This document shows, piece after piece, positions 51,292-62,783 of a DNA stretch of 64,000 bases. Under the pieces are notes generated by a model that had not been told where the DNA came from, searched no databases, and saw only the letters and a list, made by a program, of their open reading frames with translations. Both the position numbers and the translations under genes were made by a program. Position 1 is the stretch's first letter. The number at the start of each line of letters is the position of its first letter. Source of the stretch: an uncultured Nitrososphaeraceae archaeon (lineage in GTDB: Archaea > Thermoproteota > Nitrososphaeria > Nitrososphaerales > Nitrososphaeraceae); contig CAVZZA010000001.1 in the NCBI GenBank assembly GCA_963779615.1, forward strand, positions 480,001 through 544,000, read 5' to 3'.

Positions 51292-52137
51292 TCATTTAAC
51301 ATTACTAAATAAATATATCTTAATTTATGGTGTTGAAATTAATAAATAAGAAATATTGTTACATTATTCAAGACTTTGAATCTAATGAAAATGCCGAAGG
51401 AGTGTTACTTTCGACATAACCTTAAATGACGGGCTTTTGGAGCGTGATGCCAGCGTCTGTATTAGTAATTCTTGGAGTCATTGTCGTGTAATAAAATAAG
51501 ACAAGATTTTTATATTTTCAGATTTCGTTTATTCTTTTAGAAGATTTGGACCTGAATTTTAATATTTTTTGCTTTGAAAAACTGGTATAAAGGTTAGCAT
51601 TAGATTGGTTTTATCCTGATTTTAATTCTATCAACATGGTACCCGTATTATAAAACTAAGGAATTATAAAATAACTTATGATCATTGAAGAAGTTAAAAA
51701 TAAAGGGGAAACATAAAGTAATACAAGATTTTTTTTTGCCTTTTTAGTTATTTTTGGATAGGTAACATAATAACTTGATCATTATAAAAATATGCTAATT
51801 ATGCAGACGTAATAAAATAGAAAGGACAAAAGAATGAGAAGATTTGTTTTAAATGTATTTTAAAAAAATTATAAACGATAGGGAATTACAATTATAGATC
51901 ACAAACAATCGAACAACTACAAACGATCCCAATATCTATATATAGACACATTATATTAAAAAGTAGTTGGAAGAAAGCAGGACTTAACTTTTAAAAATAC
52001 CTCAATATATTACGAGAATTACGCGTAGGTTTTTCCATTCAATGTCTTGTTTTATCTAAAGTAATTTTTATCACCTTTTTATTAATAAACTGTAATTTTT
52101 TACAAATTGTTAAACAATACTTAGACAGACACATACT

Positions 52138-53298
52138 GTGGGAATACCTACATTTACATCAGGAGATCCTGTACTTGATTTTTTCTATATATTATTCAAT
52201 GGCATCTCAGAAGTACCTTTGTTTAGTTCTCCTGTAACTGGCATTTTAATCCTTGTTGGAGTGTTAATTGCTTCTCGGAAAGCTGGTATGATGATGGTAT
52301 TAGCTGGATTAGTAGGGGCTGGCACGGCAATATTATTAGGTGCAGATTACGGTCTCGTAACTTTTGGTTTATTCGGTTATAACTCTATTTTAACTGGAAT
52401 GGCTTTTTGGTCTGGACCGTTTGTGAAAGCAAACAGGGTAACCCTATCCATTTCAATATTTGGTGCTGCCGTAACTGCCGTTGCTTGGATGGCATTTGGG
52501 CATTTTATGGGAGATATATTTAGTCCAGACGATAGGGGGGGAATAATAAACTCTGTTGCTATCCCTGGGTTTACATCCTCTTTCATTTTCACAACTTGGG
52601 CAATGATGTATGCGAGCAAACGTTATGGTTATGATGTGTGGCCTGAAGTTCCAGAACCACCAAGGGCTGAAAGTCTTGAAGGGGTAAAAGAGGAGACCAA
52701 TAAAGATATTGATAGCCCTGTTCAAACAACTGAGACAGAGTTCAAATGGACCGCAAAAGAATTTATCAAAGCAACTCTAAAGGGTGTATCTCAAGTTACC
52801 TTTGTAGAAAACTGGAAAACTGGTCTATTGTGGGTTATTGGGTTGACACTGGCTTTTGAACTAGCTCCGTTTATAGCTGGTGTTCAGGATAGGCCTTGGT
52901 TTACTAATGCTTACACTGCAGGATGGGACGAGTATTCACCATTATACCTTGCGGGGGTTATGGCCTTAATAGGATCTGCGATAGGTGCAGCTTTATCTAT
53001 ACTAATGAAGTTACCAACACAGGAGACTCGAATTGGTTTGCATGGATTTAACCAGGTACTTGTTATGATTGCATTAACCAGTTTTGTTCCGTTAACTTGG
53101 CAATCATTCTTGATGGCTGTATTTGCAACTGTAACCTGCTCTGTAGTGGTAATGCCTGCTCTGCAGCGTTTCTTTGGGCAGTGGGGCCTACCTGCACTTA
53201 CCGGACCTTTCGTATTTACTGCGTGGGTATGGTTAATTGCAATATTTGGATTCACAAATATTCCTGCGGGAATTGGCTGGTCTAGACCGCAAGGTTAA
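52138..53298 (+). CDS. Urea transporter (UT family)
   Basis: Two repeats: GISEV / GVSQVTF, GLFGYN / GLHGFN, PGFTSSF / LPALTGPF. Confidence 0.92.
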   Translation: MGIPTFTSGDPVLDFFYILFNGISEVPLFSSPVTGILILVGVLIASRKAGMMMVLAGLVGAGTAILLGADYGLVTFGLFGYNSILTGMAFWSGPFVKANRVTLSISIFGAAVTAVAWMAFGHFMGDIFSPDDRGGIINSVAIPGFTSSFIFTTWAMMYASKRYGYDVWPEVPEPPRAESLEGVKEETNKDIDSPVQTTETEFKWTAKEFIKATLKGVSQVTFVENWKTGLLWVIGLTLAFELAPFIAGVQDRPWFTNAYTAGWDEYSPLYLAGVMALIGSAIGAALSILMKLPTQETRIGLHGFNQVLVMIALTSFVPLTWQSFLMAVFATVTCSVVVMPALQRFFGQWGLPALTGPFVFTAWVWLIAIFGFTNIPAGIGWSRPQG

Positions 53299-53417
53299 TT
53301 GACCTACCACTTTTTTTAAAAATGTCCATTGCAATATTCTTTAAATAAATTATATTTCAGAATGTAGTTTTATTTCTATATGATGTTTTGCTTTAAAAAT
53401 GTTAATCATTTTATAAA

Positions 53418-53999
53418 ATGTCCGAATTTAATAAATCTCTAAAACATCTTAAAAATGATATTGAAAGGTCCAACTCTCAAAAAATTGGTATTTTTTACCA
53501 ATTGTGCAAAGAGCACAATATCGAACCCGTTATATTGAGACTCTCTGGTGATATCAAAAATAGGTTTACCCGTTCTGGTTACCTTATCACATTCACTAAC
53601 ACAAGGGTTATTGTATCAGAGAAGAGTAATTTACGAAATCTTTTAGATATTGGTTACATTGCAGGACTTGGACCGTATTTGTATTATCTTTTGTCTGATA
53701 GAGTTAACCTTGAGGATGTAAAATCAAAAGATTCTTTTGTCCAGGGTTTACCTTCTGGTTCAAATTCAACAAAGGAATTTTATATCCATTATAAAGAGAT
53801 TGAGAAACTTTTATTTTACCATGGAATTGAAACGCTAATAACAAACATGCTCGGTTCTGCGGTGAATTATAATTTTTTAAAAATACGTACTCAAAAAACT
53901 CTCTATAACTTTAATATTTCAGCTAAAAAAAATGGTGATTATGAAAAAATACTTTATTGGTTAAAGATGTCTTTGCCTATTAAAGTACACAAAGAATAA
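53418..53999 (+). CDS. Hypothetical protein (PH-like pattern) in the urease cluster
   Basis: 193-aa ATG ORF; LITFTNTRVIV...IHYKEIEKL. Confidence 0.65.
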   Translation: MSEFNKSLKHLKNDIERSNSQKIGIFYQLCKEHNIEPVILRLSGDIKNRFTRSGYLITFTNTRVIVSEKSNLRNLLDIGYIAGLGPYLYYLLSDRVNLEDVKSKDSFVQGLPSGSNSTKEFYIHYKEIEKLLFYHGIETLITNMLGSAVNYNFLKIRTQKTLYNFNISAKKNGDYEKILYWLKMSLPIKVHKE

Positions 54000-54114
54000 G
54001 TATGTTCAATTAAGTCGACATCTACTAAATTCAGACCTTTTTATTATGGATTTATATAAATTATTATTTTGAATTTTAATATAATCCATTTCTGTTTTTA
54101 ACTATGAAATTAAA

Positions 54115-54417
54115 ATGATGTTGGTCCCAAGAGAAATAGAAAAAATGATGATATGGACTGCAGCCCAAATTGCAGAGGGAAGAAAACAAAGAGGAGTAAA
54201 ATTAAATCATCCCGAATCAATAGCGTATATATCTAATTTTGTAGTTGAAGGGGCACGCGAAGGAAAATCAGTCGCAGAACTGATGATGTCTGCACGGAGT
54301 ATTTTAAATAAAGAAGATGTAATGGACGGAGTATCGGAAATGATTCACACAGTTCAGGTGGAAGCTACATTTCCAGACGGAACAAAGCTGGTAACTGTGC
54401 ATGATCCAGTTCAATAG
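54115..54417 (+). CDS. ureA: Urease gamma subunit
   Basis: [32 protein letters not shown]. Confidence 0.98.
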   Translation: MMLVPREIEKMMIWTAAQIAEGRKQRGVKLNHPESIAYISNFVVEGAREGKSVAELMMSARSILNKEDVMDGVSEMIHTVQVEATFPDGTKLVTVHDPVQ

Positions 54418-54486
54418 TAGGTTATGAAAAATGATTAAAAAAATTATATATAAATCAAACTTGAAAGGAGGAGGTATTGTTACACA

Positions 54487-54861
54487 ATGATACCTGGAGA
54501 ATATGTTTTATCCGAAGGAGATGTTTTGTGTAACGAGAACAGAAAAACGATAAAGATTACTGTAAAACATACTGGTGACAGGCCTTGTCAAATCGGTTCA
54601 CATACACATTTCTTTGAGATCAATAAAGTTCTTGATTTCCCTAGGAAAGAGGCATTTGGCTTTAGGTTGAATATACCCGCCGGTACCTCTGTGCGATTTG
54701 AACCAGGTGATACTAAAGAAGTAGAACTGTGTGAATTAGGGGGTACGAGAGTCTGTTTTGGTTTTAATGGCTTAACTATGGGAAGCATGAAATCTTCTAA
54801 TATAAAAAAATCCGCATTTGAAAAAGCAAAATTCCAGGGATTTAAAGGAATGGGTAATTAG
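54487..54861 (+). CDS. ureB: Urease beta subunit
   Basis: MIPGEY, GDRPCQIGSHTHFFE, LNIPAGTSVRFEPG. Confidence 0.98.
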   Translation: MIPGEYVLSEGDVLCNENRKTIKITVKHTGDRPCQIGSHTHFFEINKVLDFPRKEAFGFRLNIPAGTSVRFEPGDTKEVELCELGGTRVCFGFNGLTMGSMKSSNIKKSAFEKAKFQGFKGMGN

Positions 54862-54874
54862 AAAGAGGTAATGC

Positions 54875-56605
54875 ATGATGGTATTAAAATTAACAAAAAA
54901 ACAATATTCTGAATTATATGGTGCAACGAAAGGTGATAAAATCCGTTTAGGCGATACTGATATCCTTATTGAAATAGAAAAAGATTTGATCTCACATGGA
55001 GACGAATGTGTTTTTGGGGGTGGTAAAACTTTAAGGGATGGTTTAGCCCAAACTTCTGGGGTTACTAATGCAAACGGTGCCTTGGACTATGTCATCACCA
55101 ATGCCGTTGTACTTGATCCGGTGATTGGTATAGTAAAAGGTGATATCGGAATAAAAGATGGAAAAATTGCGGGAATAGGAAAGGCTGGTAATCCCTTAGT
55201 GATGGATGATGTGGATAGAAACCTAACTGTTTCTGCTTGTACAGAAGCCACTGCAGGTGAGCACACAATATGTACCCCTGGACACTTTGATACCCATATT
55301 CACATGATTTCTCCACAACAGTATATCGATGGAATAAGCAATGGTGTGTGTAATATGATAGGTGGTGGTACAGGTCCTGCTGATGGAACTAACGCCACAA
55401 CGTGCACCCCTGGCTCATTTAATATAAGTAGAATGCTAGAAGCGGTGGAGGATATACCTGTTAACTGGGGATTCTTAGGAAAAGGTAACGATTCGCACCC
55501 CTCATTAGCCACTCAAATGGAGCAAATAGAAGCAGGAGCATGTGGACTTAAAGATCACGAGGACTGGGGAACAACCAACACAGTATTGGATGCGTCATTA
55601 CGAGCTGCTGATTTGACCGATACACAGGTTGCAATACACACAGATTCCATAAATGAATGTGGTTACCTTGAAGATACAATAAATGCAATAGATGGCAGGG
55701 TTGTACATAGCTATCATACAGAAGGGGCAGGCGGTGGACATGCACCTGATATCATTGCTATAGCTTCTGAACAAAATGTTTTGCCATCCTCAACTAACCC
55801 AACTAGGCCATTCACAGTAAATACTGTTGATGAGCATCTGGACATGCTGATGTTTTGCCACCACTTGAATCCTGCTGTTGCTGAAGATGTGGCCTTTGCC
55901 GATTCTAGAATTCGTGCTGAAACAATAGCTGCTGAAGATGTGATGCATGACGAAGGTGTTTTGAGTATGTACTCTTCCGATAGCCAAGCCATGGGCAGAA
56001 TTGGAGAGGTGGCTCTTCGCGCTTGGCAAACTGCAGACAAGATGAAAAAGATGAGGGGAAGGTTAAAAGAAGAAGCAGGTGACAACGATAATTTAAGAGC
56101 AAAAAGGTATATTGCAAAAACTACCATTAACTGCGCAATTACCCATGGTGTGTCTGACTACCTTGGTTCTCTTGAGGTAGGAAAATATGCAGATTTAGTG
56201 ATGTATAACACTGCTTTTTTTGGTGCAAAACCAAAAATGGTTTTTAAGGGTGGCTTTATTGCCTGGTCTATAATGGGTGACCCTAATGCTTCTCTTCCGA
56301 CCCCGGAGCCAGTCTATTATCGACCAATGTTTGGTGCAATGGGCCGTGCAGTCCAAAAAACTTCCTTTACATTCATGTCTAAAAAGGCTATAGAATTGGG
56401 GGTTCCCCAAAAATTGGGCCTAGAAAAAACAGTATTGGCTGTCAAAAACTGCAGAAATATTGGCAAGAAAGATATGATTTGGAACGATAAAACACCGGAA
56501 ATTACAGTTGACCCCGAAACATATGAAGTAAAAGTTGATGGAGAAATTGCAACAGTTGATCCAGCAAAGGAATTAAGTCTTGCGCAAAGATACTTTATGG
56601 CATAA
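54875..56605 (+). CDS. ureC: Urease alpha subunit
   Basis: [45 protein letters not shown]. Confidence 0.99.
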   Translation: MMVLKLTKKQYSELYGATKGDKIRLGDTDILIEIEKDLISHGDECVFGGGKTLRDGLAQTSGVTNANGALDYVITNAVVLDPVIGIVKGDIGIKDGKIAGIGKAGNPLVMDDVDRNLTVSACTEATAGEHTICTPGHFDTHIHMISPQQYIDGISNGVCNMIGGGTGPADGTNATTCTPGSFNISRMLEAVEDIPVNWGFLGKGNDSHPSLATQMEQIEAGACGLKDHEDWGTTNTVLDASLRAADLTDTQVAIHTDSINECGYLEDTINAIDGRVVHSYHTEGAGGGHAPDIIAIASEQNVLPSSTNPTRPFTVNTVDEHLDMLMFCHHLNPAVAEDVAFADSRIRAETIAAEDVMHDEGVLSMYSSDSQAMGRIGEVALRAWQTADKMKKMRGRLKEEAGDNDNLRAKRYIAKTTINCAITHGVSDYLGSLEVGKYADLVMYNTAFFGAKPKMVFKGGFIAWSIMGDPNASLPTPEPVYYRPMFGAMGRAVQKTSFTFMSKKAIELGVPQKLGLEKTVLAVKNCRNIGKKDMIWNDKTPEITVDPETYEVKVDGEIATVDPAKELSLAQRYFMA

Positions 56606-56691
56606 ATTTCTATTTTTATAATATAGAAAAATTATACATAATATTTTCTTTTTTTTGATATATTTATCTTTTAGGACTTTTGATTTAACTT

Positions 56692-58251
56692 ATGTCTTCG
56701 CCTCAAAATTATGGAGTTTGGAAGCCAATTGCAGAAAATATCGAGTTTAATGCGCTAGAATCAAATTCTAATGCAGTAATGGCAGTAGCAGATACAGTGA
56801 GAACCACTCTGGGACCAAAAGGTTTGGACAAACTCTTGATTGACCAATCTATGAACAGGCATGTTTCCAATGATGGTGTTACAATTCTCTTATCGCTGAG
56901 GGCGATTCATCCGGTCGCAAAAATGATAGTGGAAATTGCTGAGAGACAGGAACAAAAAGTAGGTGATGGTACTACCACAGCAGTTATTCTTGCAGCGGAA
57001 ATGATTAAGGAAGGCAAGAGGTTAATTCGGGAGCTAGCTGTTCATCCTACAAAAGTTGTTGAAGGCATAGAAAGTGGAGTAAAGCACTCTTGCGACCTGT
57101 TAAAAAAAAGTGCGAAAAAAATCAGTTTAGACGAAGTAGAACTTGATCAAATAGTAAAAACAAGTTTGTCATCAAAATTGGATGGAAATGTATTACATAA
57201 AATGGTTGTTTCTGCTTTAAGGGCTGCAGGTAAGGATGCAATTTATGGTGACAAATATGATTTTGATAAATCACTAAAGGTAGTCAGACGAACTGATATG
57301 GATGATAAAATTGTTAATGGAGTTATTTTAGAGCGAAGAAGATTAGACCCAGAGCTGCCTAATAAAGTAAATAACGCTAAAATACTAATATTGAAATTAG
57401 ATTTAAAGCCTGTTAAAGAATCTTGGATTAAAGAGAACAGTAAATATCAGGATATCCTTAAAATGGAAAACGATAGATTGGAAAAGTCCAAAAAAATAGT
57501 TGATGCGATTCTTGAAACAGGGGCAAATACCCTTTTTGTCGCATCCCCTGAAGTTGACCAAATAATTGAGGATTTGTTTGTATCAAAAGGCATTTTTGCA
57601 GTCCACATTTCAAATGAAGAAATAGACTATTTGTCAAGATATACCGGAGCAAAACCTGTAAGAAATTTGGATGATTTAAAAAATAGAGATATTCTCGGAA
57701 CTTCTGAAAAAATATATGAAGACGAAGATATCGGAATAATTTATTTAGAAAACGGTTTAGGAAAAAAAATTATTACAATTCTAATCTCTGGATCCACCAA
57801 AGAAACATCTCTGGAAAGATGGAGATCAACAATTGACGGAATAAATGCTGCAGAAGCTGCATTAAACTATGGGATTGTTGCAGGAGGAGGCGCAGCAGAA
57901 TTACACATCATTGAAAAAATCAAACAGCTTAAGCTTAAGGGACTAGAACAGGTTGGACTTGAGGTTGTTACCTCTGCACTCGAAAGCATAATGAGGCAGA
58001 TATTAACAAATGCTGGATTTAACGGACTTGAAAAGGTGATGAATGCAAAAGCTTCTCCTGAAGGTTATGGTGTTGATATTGATACCGGTGATATTGTTGA
58101 CATGATATCAAAAGGTGTTTTAGATCCTGTATTGGTTAAAACAATGGCCTTGGAAGCATCCGGCGAAATGGCAAAATCCGTATTAAGGATAGACAAAAAC
58201 CTTGCAGCCGATGACCTTAACCCACAAGCAGTTGCTGATTCCAGAAGGTAA
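56692..58251 (+). CDS. Divergent group II chaperonin (thermosome-like) inside the urease operon
   Basis: TTLGPKGLDK, NDGVTIL, GDGTTT, GGGAAE, GVLDP...K. Confidence 0.92.
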   Translation: MSSPQNYGVWKPIAENIEFNALESNSNAVMAVADTVRTTLGPKGLDKLLIDQSMNRHVSNDGVTILLSLRAIHPVAKMIVEIAERQEQKVGDGTTTAVILAAEMIKEGKRLIRELAVHPTKVVEGIESGVKHSCDLLKKSAKKISLDEVELDQIVKTSLSSKLDGNVLHKMVVSALRAAGKDAIYGDKYDFDKSLKVVRRTDMDDKIVNGVILERRRLDPELPNKVNNAKILILKLDLKPVKESWIKENSKYQDILKMENDRLEKSKKIVDAILETGANTLFVASPEVDQIIEDLFVSKGIFAVHISNEEIDYLSRYTGAKPVRNLDDLKNRDILGTSEKIYEDEDIGIIYLENGLGKKIITILISGSTKETSLERWRSTIDGINAAEAALNYGIVAGGGAAELHIIEKIKQLKLKGLEQVGLEVVTSALESIMRQILTNAGFNGLEKVMNAKASPEGYGVDIDTGDIVDMISKGVLDPVLVKTMALEASGEMAKSVLRIDKNLAADDLNPQAVADSRR

Positions 58252-58259
58252 TTATAACA

Positions 58260-58700
58260 ATGAAAATCCGCCATTGCGTTGAAAAATCTAATGTTGAAAA
58301 ATCTCTAATCATAATGGATCCGTTACAAATAAGGCATGCAGTCATAAAGTCCGGAAAAATATCATCTTTGTCCGGTTTAATAGACCCAAAATCACATCTT
58401 AATTTGGATTACCCTCCTCATTTGGTTAAAAATTGCATAATATCTGAAAAATTTGAGTTAGGTTCTGCAGTTGAAATATCTGATGGCAATTTTATATTTG
58501 CCCAAATAAGACCTGATAGTTACCAACACCTTGGTAAGTATGATTATACTCAAAACTTAATGAACATGATTGAGTCTGTAAAGAAATTAAGAAACATAAA
58601 TACAGACATCACTACTAATACTAATATTGATGCACATAAAATTAAATCTTCTCCAACATGTGCTTCAGATAAAATAAACAACAACAATCAAAATCAATGA
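58260..58700 (+). CDS. Hypothetical protein coupled to the chaperonin gene
   Basis: 146-aa ATG ORF 8 bp after the chaperonin stop; low-complexity Asn/Thr tail. Confidence 0.7.
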   Translation: MKIRHCVEKSNVEKSLIIMDPLQIRHAVIKSGKISSLSGLIDPKSHLNLDYPPHLVKNCIISEKFELGSAVEISDGNFIFAQIRPDSYQHLGKYDYTQNLMNMIESVKKLRNINTDITTNTNIDAHKIKSSPTCASDKINNNNQNQ

Positions 58701-58739
58701 AATTGTTTTTATTGTCAATAAGAAACTATATGATATCTT

Positions 58740-59276
58740 ATGTTAACGGTCACAACTATTTTAGGGAATATAAAAAAGGATCCTATTTTAAATCAAAGAT
58801 ATGGAGAGTTATTCCAAAAAAGCCTTGTTGAAAGCGTAATAATTCAAAGATCAGAGTCAGAAAAAGTCAGGATGAGAAAAACATCAGACAAAGGCACGGA
58901 CATAGGGTTTATTTTGCCATCCAGAACTAGGCTTAAAGACAAAGATGTAGTTTTTTTGGATGACACTAAAATGATCCTGGTAAAACTGTCTCCCGAACTT
59001 GTAGCAGTGTTAAGTTTTAAGGATTACCCAAATCATGAATACGATGGACAACACAAGCCTGATTTGATAAACATCGCAATAAAAATTGGCCATACTATTG
59101 GTAACTTACATAGACCGTTAAAATTAGAGGAAAATAAAATCATTTTTCCACTCCAAACTGTAGAAGAGATAGACCTTTTCCAAAGACTTTTGCCCAGTTT
59201 AAAGGATCATATTGTTATAAAATCAGATAACCTAATTTTTGAACCTGATCAAGGATTTGATATACATGAACATTGA
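58740..59276 (+). CDS. ureE: Urease accessory protein UreE
   Basis: RMRKTSDKGTDI, IGHTIGNLHRP; only a short HEH tail. Confidence 0.92.
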   Translation: MLTVTTILGNIKKDPILNQRYGELFQKSLVESVIIQRSESEKVRMRKTSDKGTDIGFILPSRTRLKDKDVVFLDDTKMILVKLSPELVAVLSFKDYPNHEYDGQHKPDLINIAIKIGHTIGNLHRPLKLEENKIIFPLQTVEEIDLFQRLLPSLKDHIVIKSDNLIFEPDQGFDIHEH

Positions 59277-59988
59277 AAAGGATAATACCTTTGTATCTGT
59301 AGATGATATTAGCTTTTTACAGTTATCTGATTCATTTTTTCCTACGGGATTATATACCACTTCAAATGGTTTGGAATCATTATTTTACAATAGGGACAAA
59401 AAAAAATTAACCTATACCGATGTTTTTGATTTCATTAAAGCGTATCTATCGCAACAAGTGGGGCCGACAGATTGTTCTGTCATTGGTAATGTATACAGTT
59501 GCATTCAAAAAAGTGATTTTTCGACACTGCTGGAGTTAGACAGTGTGTATTATTTTATGCGGTTGATAGAAGAAACCAGATCTGCTTCCATAAGGTCTGG
59601 AATTCAGCTCTTAAGGTGTATCTCTTCCTTTACTGGCAACAATGAATATGTTAACTTTTATTTAAAAAGCATTAAAGATGGTCAGGCAAAAGGCGTCTAC
59701 CCTGTCTCTTTTGCATTATCGTGTAATGCCATGAATATAAAAAAAGAGAGATCTGGCTTAATGTTGCTTTATGGTTTTGCCGTTAGTGTAGTTGGGGCTG
59801 CGTTACGTTTGGGTATTCTCCAGCATTATGATGGACAGCGGATTATTCACGAAATGAAACCTATAATTTTATCAAGTGTAACAAAGAACATTAATCGATC
59901 CTATTCTAATATGTGGCAGTTCATTCCCCAGTTAGATATAATTCAAATACAGCATGAACAGATGGATTCCAAAATGTTTATTACATGA
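59266..59988 (+). CDS. ureF: Urease accessory protein UreF
   Basis: LQLSDSFFPTGLYTTSNGLE, AALRL, QHEQMDSKMFIT. Confidence 0.93.
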   Translation: MNIEKDNTFVSVDDISFLQLSDSFFPTGLYTTSNGLESLFYNRDKKKLTYTDVFDFIKAYLSQQVGPTDCSVIGNVYSCIQKSDFSTLLELDSVYYFMRLIEETRSASIRSGIQLLRCISSFTGNNEYVNFYLKSIKDGQAKGVYPVSFALSCNAMNIKKERSGLMLLYGFAVSVVGAALRLGILQHYDGQRIIHEMKPIILSSVTKNINRSYSNMWQFIPQLDIIQIQHEQMDSKMFIT

Positions 59989-60006
59989 TTTTTTATCTAG
60001 TTTTCT

Positions 60007-60663
60007 GTGTCAATTTCACGGATTCCTCGCATTGGAATAGGTGGACCGGTAGGTTCGGGAAAAACAATGTTAATCGAACAAATAGTCCCTATTTTAAAGG
60101 ATAAAGGATATAATGTTGGCATAATATCCAATGACGTTGTATCAAAGGAAGATGCTGAGAGAATGCGAAAAAACCTTGCCACGGAAAAGGGTTTGATGTC
60201 AGAGGACCTAGTTATTGGTGTCGCTACAGGAGGTTGCCCGCATACTGCTGTAAGGGAGGATCCATCCATCAATATATCTATTGTAGAAGAGATGGAGATC
60301 AAACACCCAAACCTTGATTTGATAATTATCGAAAGTGGTGGTGATAACATTACAACTACCTTTAGCCCTGCACTAGCTGATTATTTCATTTATATAATCG
60401 ACGTTTCCAGTGGAGACAAATATCCAAGAAAACGAGGTCTTGGAATAGAAACATGCGATCTCTTGGTAATTAATAAAATTGATATTGCTTCCTATATTGG
60501 TGCAGATCTTAGTATAATGGAAAGGGATGCAAAGATTATACGAGGCGATAAGCCTTTTGTTTTTGTCAATAGTAAGACTGGCCAGGGCATTAAAGAGGCA
60601 ACAAATTATATTATTAAAGACATATTATTTAATGCGACTCCAAAATCTAAAATAACTATTTGA
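60007..60663 (+). CDS. ureG: Urease accessory GTPase UreG
   Basis: GGPVGSGKT, TGGCPHTAVRED, ESGGDN, NKID. Confidence 0.97.
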   Translation: MSISRIPRIGIGGPVGSGKTMLIEQIVPILKDKGYNVGIISNDVVSKEDAERMRKNLATEKGLMSEDLVIGVATGGCPHTAVREDPSINISIVEEMEIKHPNLDLIIIESGGDNITTTFSPALADYFIYIIDVSSGDKYPRKRGLGIETCDLLVINKIDIASYIGADLSIMERDAKIIRGDKPFVFVNSKTGQGIKEATNYIIKDILFNATPKSKITI

Positions 60664-60682
60664 TTAGAATGCGGTAATTTCA

Positions 60683-61618
60683 ATGAGTTTTTATGATCTT
60701 TCTTTTTGTACGCCAAAAGATATTCCACATGAAATTTTGGAATATGACGCGCAATTAGAACAATTAGCTGTGGGAACGTCTGGTAAGCTTGGTGTTTTAA
60801 AATTACATTTAGAGAACGATAAATTTAATAATAAAACATCAATAAAGAATCAGTTTTATAAAGTTCCATTGTGTATCAAACGTGCTCTTTATCTCGAAGA
60901 AACCTGCCCTGAAATGGCATATATTTATATTATTTCGCCATCCGGAGGGATATTGCAAGGGGATAGATATAGAACTGATATAACGCTTAAAAACCATGCC
61001 AAATCCCACATTACTACACAAAGTGCAACAAGAATTTATAAAATGAATAAAAATTTTGGGACTCAAATAATAAATTTAGATGTCGGTGAAAATTGTTATC
61101 TGGAGTATATTCCTGATCAAATAATACCATTTAAAAATTCCAAATACTATCAGGTTTCTGATGTTAAAGTTCATGATAGTGCCACTTGCGTATATTCTGA
61201 GATATTGACGCCGGGGAGAGTAGCTAGTAATGAATCTTTTGAGTATGATATATGTTATATGAAAGTCAAAGCTGAAAACCATTTAAACAAATTAAGGTTT
61301 ATTGACATAGCAAAACTTGAGCCTAAAAAAGAAAACATCAAATCTTTTGGCATCATGAATGATTTTGATATACTAGGGAATGTATATATTTTGTTGCCAA
61401 AGGATCAAGTGACGGATGTTAAAAATGAAATAAATATGATGTTAAACAATCTAAATAACGTTATAGGGGGATGCACAAAATTGCCCGATGACGGTGGGTT
61501 AATGGTTCGAATACTTGGTCGATTTGTTTTTGATATTAGAAATATAATATATTCAATTCTTGGGATAGTTAGAAAAAAAATTCTAAATGTTTCATTTAGT
61601 GGGATACGAAAAATTTAG
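60683..61618 (+). CDS. ureD: Urease accessory protein UreD
   Basis: SPSGGILQGD, TTQSATRIY, EYIPDQIIPF, EILTPGR. Confidence 0.94.
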   Translation: MSFYDLSFCTPKDIPHEILEYDAQLEQLAVGTSGKLGVLKLHLENDKFNNKTSIKNQFYKVPLCIKRALYLEETCPEMAYIYIISPSGGILQGDRYRTDITLKNHAKSHITTQSATRIYKMNKNFGTQIINLDVGENCYLEYIPDQIIPFKNSKYYQVSDVKVHDSATCVYSEILTPGRVASNESFEYDICYMKVKAENHLNKLRFIDIAKLEPKKENIKSFGIMNDFDILGNVYILLPKDQVTDVKNEINMMLNNLNNVIGGCTKLPDDGGLMVRILGRFVFDIRNIIYSILGIVRKKILNVSFSGIRKI

Positions 61619-61699
61619 CATCTATTTATCCTTTTAAGTAATAATTGATTGTTTTTTTCATTAAAAAATAATTAATTCTATTTATTATGATTTCAAATT

Positions 61700-62734
61700 A
61701 TGGTGGAATGTGTCATATATTTACGACCTAAAAGTAGCCATAAATTTTTTATCACACTCTCCATATTTTCTTTTATAGTTCTTGTTATAGGAAATATTGG
61801 ATTTAGTGGAAAAGAAATAAATTCTGCATACGCAATAAATAAATCTCTTTCTGTTATCACTTCTGTATCGCCTATCACCAATATAGTAAAGAATGTGGGT
61901 GGTGATAAAATAAATTTGATAGGCATAGTGCCGGAGGGTGTAAATTCACACACTTTTGAATTGGTTCCCTCAGATCAAATAAAATTAAATAATGCAGATC
62001 TTGTGATTGTAAATGGACTATCTCTTGAGGAAAATATTGAAAAAACTGTTAATGAAATATTGAAAAAAAATCCAAACATTCAATTGTTAAAACTGGGTGA
62101 TAATACCATTAATTCTGCAGATTGGGTTTTTGATTTTAGCTTTCCAAAAGAAAAGGGCCATCCCAATCCTCATCTGTGGTTGAATGTTGCCTATGCAATG
62201 GAATTTGCTAATTTGACCCGTGATAAATTGATAGAAATGGATCCAAATAATGCTGCTTATTATACCGATAATGCAAAAAAATACCATAGTTTATTGAAAC
62301 AATTAGATAAAGGAATAATGGATTCTGTACAAACCATACCTCCAGAAAACAGAAAACTTTTAACATATCATGACTCCTGGGCCTATTTTGCACCACGATA
62401 TAACATGACAGTGATAGGCGCTATTCAACCTTCAGATTTCTCAGAACCATCTCCCCTTGATGTAGCGAAATTAATAGATCAGATAAAACAAGAAAAAGTG
62501 CCTGCGATTTTTGGATCCGAAGTATTTTCAAACAAAATTATAGATCAAATAGCTAAGGAATCTCATGTTGCCATTGTTCAAACCCTACGTGACGACGCAC
62601 TGCCTGGTAACCCAAACGATAAGAATCATACCTATGTGGGTATGATGATTGATAACATGAAAAACATGATAATACCTCTAGGGGGAAATATTGATAAACT
62701 GCTTTCATTAGATCCTGGAAATACATTTAATTGA
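61700..62734 (+). CDS. Metal ABC transporter substrate-binding protein (TroA/ZnuA-like)
   Basis: NSHTFE, NPHLWL, YHDSWAYF and LRDD ligand motifs. Confidence 0.92.
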   Translation: MVECVIYLRPKSSHKFFITLSIFSFIVLVIGNIGFSGKEINSAYAINKSLSVITSVSPITNIVKNVGGDKINLIGIVPEGVNSHTFELVPSDQIKLNNADLVIVNGLSLEENIEKTVNEILKKNPNIQLLKLGDNTINSADWVFDFSFPKEKGHPNPHLWLNVAYAMEFANLTRDKLIEMDPNNAAYYTDNAKKYHSLLKQLDKGIMDSVQTIPPENRKLLTYHDSWAYFAPRYNMTVIGAIQPSDFSEPSPLDVAKLIDQIKQEKVPAIFGSEVFSNKIIDQIAKESHVAIVQTLRDDALPGNPNDKNHTYVGMMIDNMKNMIIPLGGNIDKLLSLDPGNTFN

Positions 62735-62783
62735 TTTTCGGATACTTTTCTTTTTTTTAAAATGTTAAATAGAAATCATTGGT

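Noticed and set aside
54588-60350. Antisense ORFs within ure and chaperonin genes (and similar ones across the window)
   Set aside because: Shadows of strongly conserved sense genes, with no motifs of their own
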